A DNA stretch of 63,814 nt, counting the filler, from Folioceros fuciformis (Eukaryota), in NCBI GenBank assembly GCA_049999805.1. It is 6 parts of 6 records of this genome, joined end to end, with 100 filler letters (N's around TTAATTAATTAA, not from the genome) between each part and the next. Parts side by side here need not be neighbours in the genome. Positions count along the whole stretch, not along the records: positions 18,254 to 41,594 come from JBNGIO010002029.1; positions 41,695 to 43,104 come from JBNGIO010002032.1; positions 43,205 to 49,380 come from JBNGIO010002033.1; positions 49,481 to 55,444 come from JBNGIO010002034.1; 2 more parts are not named here. One strand, written 5' to 3'. The first letter of the stretch is position 1; every line of letters begins with the position of its first letter. A model generated the notes under the pieces. It saw nothing but the letters and a program-made list of their open reading frames with translations. It did no database searches and was not told where the DNA came from. Positions 37,014 to 49,940 of this stretch are shown piece after piece. Position numbers and translations under genes: made by a program.

Positions 37014-38500
37014 ACATCCAGCCCACTAGGCAAATCCCGACCAAGAGTTCTAATTGTTCAATCCTTATTCCTCTTCTGATCCCACTCTAGGACATCTAAC
37101 CTCGACGGTCTCATAACGGACGTCCCACTCCATGCCTGGAGATCCCCCTCGGGATGAAGGGAAAATTGTCTTCCATTATTAATTAATTTTTCAACTCATT
37201 CACTTATCATCCTCGTCTTTTTCCATGTCACTTTAGTCTCTTTTCATACCACATCCTTCTCCTGCAGCGAGCCCCCTTACTTCGACGAGTACGAAGGACA
37301 CTCTCCTATCCAGCACCAGTTGTGCCAAATCCGGTAACAACTCATAGAACAAGTGTACTTAACATACGATGGTTCATAAATTAAGGCGATTTGACCAGCT
37401 TTTTTTTTTTTCCAAACCAAAGATGACACATCGTCCTTACTATTGCTTGTCCAACGAGCAAGTTGCCCGCCGCAACTCATGCCGAGCTCTTTGTGCCACT
37501 TGCGTCGGTGTCACATGACGCGGACAGGGCAACCCCACTCAACGCAGTGTTTGCTAGAAATCATGCTTGCAACCGGCCGGTGCAGCCACCAGCGATGATG
37601 GCATACCAAACAGGACGGACGGAGGAGCTCCCCCACTTTTGCATCAACGTCAACAAAGGGTCCGTTATGGTGCATCTGACTTCTTACCTCAGAAACCGAA
37701 ATACCACAAAATCCCGCACCTCTGAACTTGAGCACCGCTCAAGCCCAAAATGAAGCGTCCAAACCAAACCTCTCGTCTGCGCCGATCTCCCGCGTCTAGA
37801 ACTGGCCCCGTGCCTGGCCCAGTCTTGGACGCGGGAGGCGAGGCCGAGCCATGGAGCTCACTACTGCCCTACCGCCAGATCTTTGCCTGCTCGAGTCACA
37901 ATGGCCGCTGTGGAAAGGCCTGGGGCGGACATGCCCCGAGGCCGAGAAATGGGACTCACCGCTGCCCCAGCACCAGGCCCGTGGGTCCGCTTCAGTGACC
38001 ATGGCCGCGGTGGCAACGCCTCAGGACGCACATGCTCCCAAAGCAGCAGACATATCCCGAAGGAGCCCCGTCTGTCCTCTGTGGTCTCCAACTCGTTGCT
38101 CGACATGGAAGGAGGTTGCGTCCTGTACCCTGAGGAAGGCGAGTAGGAGAGGAATTCTTGGTCCTTCGCTGGCACCGACGAACAGTCGTTCATTATCCGG
38201 CTCTCAATATGAGGGTAAGAGCAGGTGAGGTTTGTATCGTTCATGCAATGCCATGCTTAATTGCTGCGAAAATCTTATCCGGTCCCAAAAAACTATAGAT
38301 ACGCGGCCAGATCGATCTCTAGCCCCGATAGTGCCGCTTTCGGGTGTACAATTCCCTCCACTGAAAAGAGGAAGAGGAAAAGGACCCCCAGCACCTGCAC
38401 AACACAGCAACAACTCCTCCAAAAAGATACCGACGACATGAAATTCGAGGACGGACCAAAAGCTCATCGATGAACGAGATGAGAACTGGCCCACTCCTTC

Positions 38501-38588
38501 TCCTGTCCAAGCAGATTACGCCGTGAATCATCCTGTCCAAGCAGATTACGCCCTGGATCATCCTGTCCAAGCAGATCACGCCCTGGAT
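38501..38588. repeat. 30-bp tandem repeat, about 3 copies
   Basis: Unit tcctgtccaagcagattacgccctggatca. Confidence 0.9.
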
Positions 38589-39157
38589 ATCTGCAGCTTC
38601 AGCTCGAGGATCACCTTCACCTGTCAGTGCACATGACATGTCAACTTCCCAACTCTGCCGCTAACATGCAGAGGGGTACCTGCAACCTGCAGGTACACAA
38701 CTCAACGACAAATGTAAGACTGCCTCAAGGGGACTCTCAGTTCTTTCCGGTGCACGAGCTATAACTACCCATGATTAAGTACTGTTCCTTGTTCCAGAAG
38801 CAGAGCAGCACGATGCTCCCACTTACAGCTCGCAATGCAATGCATGCCCAATTCAATAGCAGCCTAGACTGTCCACCTGCTGCATGTTGGAAAGCAGTGC
38901 ATATCATCTATAATACCTGAGACCTGCGCACATGCTCAGGCTTTAGGTCAGTAACGCAGGCAAAAGACTCCGCGATACATGAGGCATATGACCTGTGACA
39001 CTGCTGTCCATGCTGGCCTTTTCCGAGCACAAGGAAAAGACTCCAGAGCTGGTTCCATCGGCTGATTATGTGTTTGGACTACCTGTCTCCCTGGAAGCTA
39101 ATTAGCCCTAGATACCTATGAGTGACAGGAGTGAGATACAAACCACATTGCTCGAGA

Positions 39158-40596
39158 CTATTCGGAATAGGGCAAAGCCCCATTGGCATTTGATGGAATT
39201 GCTGAAGATGTCTCAGCTGCAAGTCGCTCCTCCCTCTCCCGATTCCACTGCTCTATCTTAGCTCTTCGCTCAGCGCTTCCCTCGCGGTTAGGAGACTTGT
39301 CTCTCCTTTGAGGTGGGCTACGACTTCTACTTCTATCTCTCCTGCCCCTCCGATCATCATATCGGCGGTCGTCCCTTTCCCCCCGATCCCTGTCCCTATC
39401 TTCAAATCGACGGCCAAAGCCACGACCTCTGCCCCCTCTTCCCCGGCGAGGCTCAAAGAAATCCCTGTTTACATCATCAGATCACATCATATGAATGAAC
39501 ATCGGGGCCATAGATGATTGCCTTGAGGATAGCTGTACTGGCATTTTACGTCCAACAGCATTACCTGTCCCCAAACCTACGAGGGCTTGTTGGACCTCGT
39601 GCTTCACCACGCCCATAGGGGGAGTGACTCCTACTCCTGCTCCTCCTCCTGTAGCTTCCAAACAGCTTCCTTCGAAGCTCCCTGAATGCAGCAAGTTAAG
39701 AGATCAAGGTCAATGGAAGTCTTTTGAGCAGGAGAAACGGCATCCCAGAAGCAAATATTATTACCTAGAAATCTTCTTCAAATGCATGAAGTTGCAGTAT
39801 CCTCCCCTATTACAAGTGTTTTCCTCATATTGCCTGCAAGTAGCCTCGCGAAAGTCTGTTACGGGAGAGAAGTCCACGATGATAGGACGCCCTGGACAGC
39901 ACACTCACTCCATGGTCAGCGTCTGATCGTGAGTACGAGACAAAATACGAATAGCACCCAACCCAACTAAATAAAATGAGGGAACCTGCATAGAAGCGCC
40001 CATTGAGGGCATTCAGAGCCGCCGCAGCATGTTCCTCCTCCCGAAACTTGACGTAAACATTCCCAATCTAAGAGAATCAACCAAGGTACTCAATTCACTT
40101 CCTAAAACATCTCGAAACTCCGGAACCCAGTCCACGAACAGATGGCAAGACGCACGTACCATGTGATCAGCGAGGTTATCACACACATTGAGATTTTCAA
40201 TCTCACCGTACTTGCTGAGCTCCTCGAAGATATCCTCGTAAAAATCCTGCAAACAGACGACAAAATCGCGGTGAGAACATGAACAACCCAAAGCACACAG
40301 GACCAGCCAGCCAGGGCCAACACTCCTACAGCCGCGCAGCCAAGGCTAACCTCGAAGTGCTCCTGCAGCTTGCGGGGATCAGACTGCTGGATGTTCCCGT
40401 GCTGGTCCACCCCGCCATGAAACCCTGCATCCGGAGACTGGTACATGTTGGCCAACAACAGCGTCTGGCTGGCTGTAGGCCGGTTATGCAGACGGGAGCA
40501 TCGGTCTCCGTGGCGGCAAGCACCGATCTTGAAGTAGAAAGGGCAGTTCACTCTATCCTTCTCGGTGCCAAAGATGGAGGCCAAGTGCTCAGCCAT
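39158..40596 (-). CDS. U2AF35: Splicing factor U2AF small subunit (U2AF35)
   Basis: Exons 40596-40351, 40246-40160, 40067-39986, 39891-39765, 39681-39565 and 39464-39158. [40 protein letters not shown]; second CCCH finger; RS tail with [15 protein letters not shown]. Confidence 0.96.
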
Positions 40597-41594
40597 GGCT
40601 GCTACTTGTGCTCTGCTCTGCCTCCCACTGCGTCCTCGCCACCACAGACTGCCCGACTCACGCGCAACACGGACTTGGATCACCTCATGCCCTCCAGCCT
40701 GCACGATAAGGATGTGCGCCCACTTCCCCAACTTCACAGTCCCGACAGCAAAGCGATATCTTCCGCGGCCGGACACACGCCGGCGTCTCGACACCAGGCT
40801 TTACTAGCTGCAGCACGCGAAACAAACTTGGGACGACAGGGCTTTATTAGGGCTATGGCCCCTCTCAAACTGTACTTGCTTCATCTCAAGTTGGAGAGTC
40901 AGCACAATGTTACCATTTTTAGCATTTTGGTGTCAAGTGCCTGAGTTAACAATAAAAATAAAATCTATTCTTTAGGTGTAAAGTGGGAGGGCTGGCAGCA
41001 AAAGCGCTATCATCGCCGAATAGCGTAGTCGACAAGAACATACCAGTTTTTAAGAATGTTGTAGTTAAATGCTCTATTTGCAATATGACCCGACTCCCAA
41101 AACCTAGCGAGCAATACCTTTAGTGCTTTCACTCTCTAGAGGAAGCAGACCGGACCCAAGTCCGTGATGAAATCTCTCTCTACTAAACTTAAATAAAAAA
41201 AAATTTCTTCTATCTTCTCAATATCAAGTAAAAGAATTGGTAGAAATAATTAATTTAGTCTTAATAATAATAATAATAAATCTATCATATTAGAACATAT
41301 ATAAAGAATATATTGGATTATTAATCTTTTATCTTTTTTAGAGGGAAAATCACTTGAATTAATTTTTTTAATTTCTATGGCCACATCTTGGAATAATAAT
41401 CCCCTAAAATTGGGAAGTATGTCCTTTACAGTCATGGTCTTGTAATTCCATGGGCCAATAGGATATGTTCTTCAAATCTTTTGGTTTTGGCCAGCTCTCC
41501 CTTAGAATCAAGGGAAGCATTTATCTAGCACCTATCTTAGCAAGTCTCTTAAGAATCCCCCTCCACATGTCCTAGCAAGTCTTTTTAGCTTTCC

Positions 41595-41694
41595 NNNNNN
41601 NNNNNNNNNNNNNNNNNNNNNNNNNNNNNNNNNNNNNNTTAATTAATTAANNNNNNNNNNNNNNNNNNNNNNNNNNNNNNNNNNNNNNNNNNNN
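41595..41694. other. Artificial contig linker
   Basis: N44-TTAATTAATTAA-N44. Confidence 0.97.
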
Positions 41695-42110
41695 ACACGC
41701 AGAATCAGCAAGACAATTGGCGTGGAGGAAATGCGCAAGGCTAAAGAGAATCTGGAAGTTTTAGAGGCGCAAGTAGAGCCACAAGAGGAAGAGATGGTTC
41801 TTTTCAATCTCATGACCATTCCAATAGAGACAAGGAGTGTTACTACTGTGGTAAGGTTGGTCATATCGCTAAGGACTGTTATACGCAGCAAGCAGACATG
41901 AGAGGAAAAGGAAGGCAGCATGGGAACTATGCCTCCTCTAGTAATGCTGGAAATGACCAGGATAGGTTGTTTGCCATGCAACATCTCTCTGAACAGGATG
42001 GGCAGAATGATGAGAGATGGTACATTGATTCAGGAGCATCAAACCACATGACTCCGCATGGCGAGTGGTTTAACAAGATGGATGCAGGTCCCCATGGTCA
42101 TGTGTGTACA
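41695..42110 (+). mobile_element. Ty1/copia gag-protease fragment
   Basis: Zinc knuckle CYYCGKVGHIAKDC and protease WYIDSGASNHMT, truncated by the following repeat. Confidence 0.85.
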
Positions 42111-43104
42111 TGAGATGACACACAACATGACATAAAGCACAGACAACAGGACAGGCCTCGCTGTCCAGCGGTTAGCTGCACCTCTCTCGGTGCCCACAAA
42201 CTCACTCCAGTCACTACAACGACCCTGACCTCTTAGATCTGCGACTTCCCTCACTCACTCTCTCACTCCAGCACCAACACCAGCAACTAACAATGACACC
42301 ACTACCTTCTACACTTCCATACTGACTCCTCCTACCCGGCAAGAGTCACTAGACTAACCCCAAAGAAAAGAAAGAAGGGAATACACTCCCCTCTTGGATA
42401 AGCCCCTCCCACAACCTTACCAAACGCCATGAAACATGGCCGGCCTACAGCACTTGTCCAAACAGGGAACAAGAGTGGACAGGTCGAGAGAAAGACACAT
42501 CCTTTACAATCAAGAGCTAGGGGCAAGCCCCTACACCCTGGTCATTACACCTTGTGATCCTACCAGACACTGTACAGCCGGCAACACGCTGCTTGCGATC
42601 CTACCAAACACTGTATAGCCGGCAACACGCGGCTTGCGATCCTACCAGACGTTGCACAGCCAGCATCACATTGTAGGTCCTAAACCAAGCAGGGACAGAC
42701 CACAAGAGCTCGTGAAGAGAGGACCTCCAAGAGCTCACGAAGTGACTGACTGACTCCCAAAGTGAATGACTCCCTTCTCCTACAGGCTCACCTGATCTTA
42801 TAGGAGCCTCTCTCTCTCTGACTTCACCTCTCTCTAACTTGAGAAATATTATTTTAATAAGACCACTAGCCTAGCCGGCTATTACCAGCCACTTATTTAG
42901 ACTTCTAGCACATCCTGCCACCAATGAGCCCCTGGCCCTACCACCACAAGGATCTACCACCTCTTAGACTATCCTGAGACTTCGGAGGATGTCTGATCTT
43001 CAAAGATCTGCGGATGCCGCCTCTTCCTTGCTGGATGGCCGCCCGCTAAGTCTTCCCCTGCAACTGTTCACCCTTGGTGGCTGAGCCAGCCTCCAGGGGA
43101 GGAG
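42111..43104. mobile_element. Interspersed repeat (probable LTR), copy 1, inserted in a copia fragment
   Basis: 42148-43104 aligns closely by eye with 54147-55068, carries an extra ~41-bp internal tandem unit, and runs into the gap. Confidence 0.75.
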
Positions 43105-43204
43105 NNNNNNNNNNNNNNNNNNNNNNNNNNNNNNNNNNNNNNNNNNNNTTAATTAATTAANNNNNNNNNNNNNNNNNNNNNNNNNNNNNNNNNNNNNNNN
43201 NNNN
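43105..43204. other. Artificial contig linker
   Basis: N44-TTAATTAATTAA-N44. Confidence 0.97.
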
Positions 43205-44097
43205 CCTTTTGAGTTGAACACAATCTCATTTCATGGGTCAATAATTCTAGCTATAGAAAGAAGATTTTTGGTAAGACTAGGTACAAGGCGTACATCCTTT
43301 ATAGTATCTTTGGACTCTTCACCAGGTTGTTTTACCTTCTTGACATCTTTCCCTTTGATCTCATGTGATGTGTTGTTGCCAAGTATCACCTTATGCCCTG
43401 TCGACATTTCTTTGTAGCTTGAGATCCAAGGTTGGTTATAGGTAAACTGTTGAGATGCTCCAGAGTCTAGGTATAGACTCTCGTCCTCCCTTGATGAGCG
43501 ATCTCGGACTACTTCTATTGTTGAAGCAGAAAAAAGATTTTCTTCCTGCTCACTTGCTTGATTGGCTTGTGACTGTTTTCCTTTCTTCAATTTAGTTAAT
43601 CTTGTCATACAGTCTTTTGTATAGTGGTTAGGTTTCTTATAATAATGGCAAGTACCCCATGTCTTTTTTTCTTTGCGACTTTCTCCTTCGATCCTTCACT
43701 AGAGTTGTCATGTGGGGTCTTCCCTTGTGACTTTCCTTTCCTTGAAAAAGTACTAAGTCACCTTTATGTTCATTCTTGAATGAATTCACCAGCTCCTCTT
43801 GTAGAAGCAACTCAACCACCTCTTCTATTATCGCTTGTTTATCACTTGAATGCATCGCTGCCGATGTGTTGAAAGACAACAGAAATTGCGTGTATGTAGA
43901 TGGTAAACTATTAAATAACACCATAATAATCCTTCCTTCAGAAGGTTTGATGTTTGCACCTTGCATTTGATCAACCAAGTTCTTTAACTTGTTGACGTGC
44001 TATTAAATCGTATCCCCTTCAACCATCTTGAAGTTGGACATGTGTTGCTCCAACAACATGTCACTCACCATACTTCTTTTTTCATACATATGAAAAA
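43205..44097 (-). mobile_element. Ty1/copia gag-protease remnant (minus strand)
   Basis: UBN2-type gag (FKMVEGD..HVNKLKNLVDQ..LFNSLPSTY), YLDSGASQ and VRLVPSLTKNLLSI, with stops. Confidence 0.8.
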
Positions 44098-45315
44098 GGG
44101 TATGAAGTACCAAGTCCAGAAGATGAAGAATGTAAATTGCAAAAGGCAATCTATGGCTTTAAGCAATCAGCACTTACTTGGTATGTAAGAATTGATAAGT
44201 TCTTCTTAGCAAGAGGTTTTAAGAAAACCAATGGAGATTGGGAGATCTATGTTAAAAGAGAAGGGGAGTCTATGACGATCATTGTCGTTTATGTTGATGA
44301 TCTTATTTTAATTTGCAATGATTTAGAACTCTTGAAGCATACAAAGAAGAGTGTCAATGATAGTTTTGACATGAGAGGTCTAGGAGAACTTCATTATTTT
44401 CTAGGGATAAAGGTAATGAGGAATAGGTCTAATAAGACAATCTCTTTGAGTCAAAGGACATACATTGAGAATGTCCTTAAGCGGTCTGGAATGCAAGATT
44501 GTAAACTAGTGAAGACACCAATAGTGTTAAATGAAAAGTAGTCGAAGGGAATGAGTCCTACAACTGAGAAAGACGAGGAAAAGGTAAATAAAACTCTCCA
44601 CCAATGTACATTTGGTTGCCTTACATATTTGTCTACAAGCACAAGGCCTGACATTGCAGAGGCAGTGGGAGTAGCTAGCCAATTTTTGGTCAATCTTGGT
44701 CAACGACGTTTTCATGCTGTGAAAAGGTATTTGAATGGTACAAAACAGAATTTGGTGTATCAACAAAGGTATCAAAATGAAGCTCCGTTAGTAGGACATT
44801 GTGATTCCGATTGGGCAGGAGATGTTGATAGTCGAAAGTCTACAAATTGGATATGTGTTTTTGTCGAATGCTATTTCTTGGAATAGCAAGAGACAACCTA
44901 CTGTTGCTTTGTCTTCTACTGGAGTAGAGTACATGACACTATGCTCTGCAACCATGGAAGCAATATGGTTGTGTGGTCTATTAAAAGAGTTGGCCTTCAA
45001 ACAAAGTGAGTCGACAGCAATCTTCAATGATAATCAAGGTTGATCTTTTTAACCAAGAATGCTACATTTCATGCGAGGACGAAACACATTGAGGTAAAGC
45101 ATTACTTCATTAGGAAGAAGGTGAGATCAAAAGAAATACAAGTGGAGTGTTGATCAACAGAAGACATGGCGGCAGATATCTTGACTAAAAGCTTCAGTTT
45201 AAATAAGCATGCTAAGTTTAGCAAGATGCTTGGTTTAAAGGAATAGTTTTTGAAGTATTGAATGGGATATATTGCTTGGTTTAAAGGAATAGTTTTTGAA
45301 GTATTGAGTGGGACA
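44098..45315 (+). mobile_element. Ty1/copia RT-RNase H remnant (plus strand)
   Basis: CKLQKAIYGFKQ, VYVDDLIL, STRPDIA, CDSDWAGDVDSRKST, KRQPTVALSS and RTKHIEVKHYF, with stops and frameshifts. Ends in a ~40-bp direct duplication at 45231-45315. Confidence 0.9.
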
Positions 45316-45467
45316 TAAGTATATAAGGGGTCATGGCCACGGTGAATAGAGAAACATGAGTGTTTGAGGGTTTGAGCTGATTGAGCTTTTACATGTTTTT
45401 CACCCTCCAACGTCTTATATAGTATTTCCTCAATAAAGGCTAAATCCATATATTTCGAACGAGCACC

Positions 45468-45800
45468 ATGGCGGAAATTGGACAGTACAACATGCTGCTG
45501 GGAGACTGCAAGTGCCACCACAAAGTGGGAGTAGCGACACATTTGAGTCGGCTGACGACGTGTTCAAGCTCGCCTGTTCGGAAGGCTTCGCGTTTGAGGT
45601 ATTGGACATATCTTCGCCGCCTCCCGCGTCTCCTTCACCTGGAGACATGGCCTGGCCCTTCATTGGATGCCCTGCGCATGGAGAGATGGTCGAGATCATC
45701 GGCCGCTGCCTGGCCCGTGTGATCAAAGATTTCGTGATTGAGGAACTATCCACTACGATCCAGAAGGCTTCCTCGCCGCGCTCACCGACCTGCAACAAGA
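45468..45800 (+). pseudogene. Pathogen-related protein (PRP) family pseudogene fragment
   Basis: IGQYNMLL, TFESADDVFKLACSEGFAFEVLDISSPP, an out-of-frame RVSFTWRH and GPF..GEMVEIIG-like blocks; two or more frameshifts; 5' part absent next to the copia remnant. Confidence 0.65.
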
Positions 45801-46467
45801 GCATACGATACCCAAGGATAAACAGTTCTCTCACCTCAGGCCAAGTGGCAACATCCTCACAGGGTGGCTAGACTGGCTACCTGTAGAACTACATTGACGA
45901 GACATATATAAGTTACTCGTGTAAAATATCACCTCCGTTGGGTGTTATCAATTCAAGCAACTTCACACGGAGGCCGATTTACACAACACAGCCAAATTCG
46001 ATACCTCTGTGGAAAAAGATGGCCATTGGAAAGTTAGCCCTCCTCCAGGTGCAGCTCTATTCCTCGTTCGGATGTGACGGGGAAGGAAGGTCCCAATGTC
46101 CAGCTTTTTAGTCCTCCAGTCTTAGACTCCTTCATTACAGAGTGCTGGGAAACGGATGACTGATACCTCACGCTACCGAATACATCTTGCCGATTCCAGA
46201 TCGTGAGCACTGGTTGAGGAACAGTGACTGCTGACTAGCACTACCACATGCATCGCCCTGGCTACCGCTCCAGTCCTACGCTTTCCACAGCTGTTGAGGC
46301 TCTAACAAAAAGACTAGCTCCGTCTCACCTTCACTACCCAGACTCACAGATTGAAATCGCTTCACCGCCCTCCCCTTGCACTTAAGAGAGGCTTCCACGA
46401 TTAGGTGACGACTCCTACAGCAGCAGTTGTTGACGACACACAGCCAGGGCCCAAGGGCAGCACAGAA

Positions 46468-47878
46468 CTACCAGTAGTCGTTACAGGAGCACTTTCCGTC
46501 CTTGAAATGATGGAAGCGGTTCGCATCTCTGGCGATGATCTCCCTTCCTGTAACCCTGGTCACGGCTTTGGTGAACTCATGGCAATCAATGCACACCCTG
46601 AGATTCTTGAAGATGCGGATGGTTGTGCCTGGTGGGGTTTTTAGGAGTCCGAAGGCAATGGCCAGCTTCTCGCTATGGTACTCAGCTGTGGACTCCCCCT
46701 CCTCGGATTCCTGCTCGAGAATGGCTTTCTTGTTGTGTCGTGGATACCTCCTCACATAGCCCTCGACCTTCCTGTTCCGTGGAGCAATAGTGTTTGTTGA
46801 GGTTGCGCCTTCACTCGCGGCCTCGTCTATCCCGGCTGCCTTTGCCTCTGCAGCCTTCCTTTCCTTTTCTTTTATGCGGGCCATAATATCGTCCAGTGCA
46901 TTATTCACTCTCTTGATGGCTTCAGGGCTGCTTTCCGGCGGTGTTTGGTCCCTCCTCGAGTCCAAGGACAGGTTCAAAGTTCCAGCAGAACTCTTCTCCG
47001 CATCTGTTCCTCCCTCCGCTTTCTGTTCTTCTTCAGCATCATCCCCTGCCGGTTCTGAAGAATAGTTGTGAGATCCATAACCGTGAGTAGGTCTCCTCTC
47101 CAGTTCTCTTCGCTTCGCAAGGGCCTCAAGTTCAGGCTTCACCCAAGCAGGAGTGGTCTTGTGATCAACCCATAGAGGCTCCTTCGTTCCTTTCTTCTGA
47201 AAATCAGGATCATCTGGATACCGCTGGAAACACAACCGCACGACTCGTTGTGCTTAAAAGCCACACCAACAAACAGCCAATCGAGCTGCAAAAGCGGATG
47301 CAAGTACGCAGGAGCTACAGGTCAGCAAGATATCATGAAGAGCCATACCTTCCTGTTTCTGTTGTCCCACCACTTGTTCGGGTCGGAGAAGAAGACCTTC
47401 CATAAACTTTCCGTTTTATCTGAGTGTCAGAAATCACTTCGGTCAATACCAAGACGCAACCATCCATTTACATCAAAACGTAGCAACAGCAATTGGGACA
47501 CATACCAGTAGCAGGATTCCCGCTATACGGCTCCTTAGTGAATGTCGGATATTCCACTTCTGTGAACGGAGAGACTCTGTAAGGCTCCGTCACCACTAGC
47601 TTCGACCTATCCGGTATCACGTAAGTATTCGCAGACGCTGCATCAATGCCACTTCCCGCACCACCTCCTGCCTCTCGCGAACCCGGACTCCCTGCCTCAT
47701 CTGACACCCCGGCCAATTCCTCGGTGGCAGCAGCGGAGCTGAACAACAAATGCAGTTGCCCCGGCTGGAGCCATCTGCAACCCTGGCCTTCCGACTTGCC
47801 CAAATTCCCGCCACCCGCCGACGACGACAGCAACACCTTCCGTATCAAACTGCCTGCCCTCGCCAATGCCCCTGTCAT
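46468..47878 (-). CDS. Organelle-targeted PDF-motif/DYW deaminase fusion protein without PPR repeats (399 aa)
   Basis: Exons 47878-47506, 47419-47349 and 47223-46468, GT-AG and in frame. Presequence-like N-terminus [104 protein letters not shown]. Confidence 0.85.
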
Positions 47879-49380
47879 CCTGCCTCCTGAACCCTGCCCC
47901 TCCTCTCCCGCTTTGCCTGTTGCAGAACGCACAGAATTCCCCTCGCCACCTCAGCGTTCCTCCCGGACCTGCCAATTTCGCGAGCGCATCTACCTACATT
48001 CCCTGCGTGCACTGACCTCCCGCATCAAGCCCTTGCATCATGCAGGCCGAGCTCAGGGATCCATCATCCCCCGGACTCTCGATCTCCAGCTGCCACATCC
48101 ACTCGCAAAACCCTCGGCTTGCCGTGCTTAGGGTTGGGTAATGCGAAACCTCTCAACTAGGGCTCTGGGTTTAGGGCTTTACGGTGAGTGTTGGGAATCG
48201 ATGGGAGGGTCGTGATCCATGAAACCCTGTGGATATTTCTGCGTGTTTCGCGTCTGGTCTGGGTTGCCAGGACCAGCTGCGTCAGTCAACATCGGGGCAC
48301 TTGAAAGTCTTCCAGCGCGAGAGTCGGACACGGACGCTGCGATAGAGAGAGAAAGTGAGGAGAGAGAGTTATACTGCACATAGCAAAGCAGCGTGCGATA
48401 CCTTTAGGAATAGCTGCTCTTCCTCACTCGCGTGGCCACTCCCTACGGAGTGCCGGGAATCTGGTCATCCAGGTCTCGGTTGTGTGCCGGCTCCATACCT
48501 CGCAGGACACACGCCTTAGCTTGGCAACTTATCGTCAATGAAGGAAGTGATTTCCATCAGCTGCAGCGCGGGGTTTGACTAAGTCTGGTCTGGTTTGCAT
48601 TTCATGGGATAGCAGTCGCCCAGTGTCTTTTACGGTGTGTGATTTGGTGGGTCGTGTGACGAATTGGACAAGGAGTCTGTTTAGGATCTGTGCGTGTGAT
48701 AGCCGCTGTTTGTTGCATTTGCGGAGGTGGGGAATGCGCAGCATTTGCTGTTCAGCGGCTTGGATCTGCCACTTCGTGGCTGGAAAGGATTGTGGGTACA
48801 GAGTGGTGACGATGGAATTTGGGATCCTGTCCGTGCGCCGGCAGTCCTGGTGGATGTGTAGGGGAAGCGAGGCGGACCGTGTTGAAATTCCGATCTTTTG
48901 AAGACCGCGGCACCGGTTTGAGTGGTGCAAGCTGTCGCGGCTGGCTGGGCTCATTCTAGGCTGGCTGCGGAGAGAGATTGAAGGGGTTTGTTCATCAGAG
49001 CTGAGATATGATGACTGGGATGGTGAGTGGTCTGAGACCCTGCTCTCTAACGTTGAACGCTCTGTCATGGAGTCGTGAAAGTCAGGGCTTGGCTGCTAGA
49101 GTTTGTGAATCTCTGTGCTAGGGGATGACTGGCCAGGTTCATGGGGTGTCTGGACGTTGCTCCCTCTCATTCTCGAGCTCGAAGTTTCTGTGACGCAGGA
49201 CTTCTCCAGAAGCAGGTCCAGGCGTCTGAACTTGTTTGACGGTGACACGCCTGACTTCGACGACCACCCGATGTTGTCAGGCAACCTTGACTCGTCCTTA
49301 GAGATGTCCCAAATCTGCATCGATCGTCCGTCAGAGAGAACGAGAAGGGGCGGGGTAGTTGAATACCCTGAGTCGCACGG

Positions 49381-49480
49381 NNNNNNNNNNNNNNNNNNNN
49401 NNNNNNNNNNNNNNNNNNNNNNNNTTAATTAATTAANNNNNNNNNNNNNNNNNNNNNNNNNNNNNNNNNNNNNNNNNNNN
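49381..49480. other. Artificial contig linker
   Basis: N44-TTAATTAATTAA-N44. Confidence 0.97.
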
Positions 49481-49940
49481 TGGGACCAAACCTATACCCA
49501 CTCTTATAACCAAACCAACTATTTCCTGGTCAATTAACCTAATTAGCACAAAGAAAAATAGGAAAAATGACCAGAAAATAAAGGAAAATTAGGGAAAATA
49601 AGTTGAAAAAGAAAACCAAACCATACCACTATTAACCCTTTTTCAACCAAAACAAACTACTACCCCAAACTTTGGAGGTTCACATTACCTGAACTCTATG
49701 ACTTGCAGTTTAGCTTCACGTTCTGCTGAATCCCAACTGCTTCCTCTCCTTGTAACCCTAACTTGTAGTTTTCTTAGGTTTTGTTTCACATTTTACCCCT
49801 AGCAGTTAGACAGTTATTGTGCCCCTTGGCATCTTCAGCTGATCTTTCTAAGTCTCCTGGTCAAATCCTATTGTCTCAAACTTCTTCATGTTGATTAGCT
49901 TAGTTTCCGTCTTTCCTACACATCTTGCAAACACACAGAC

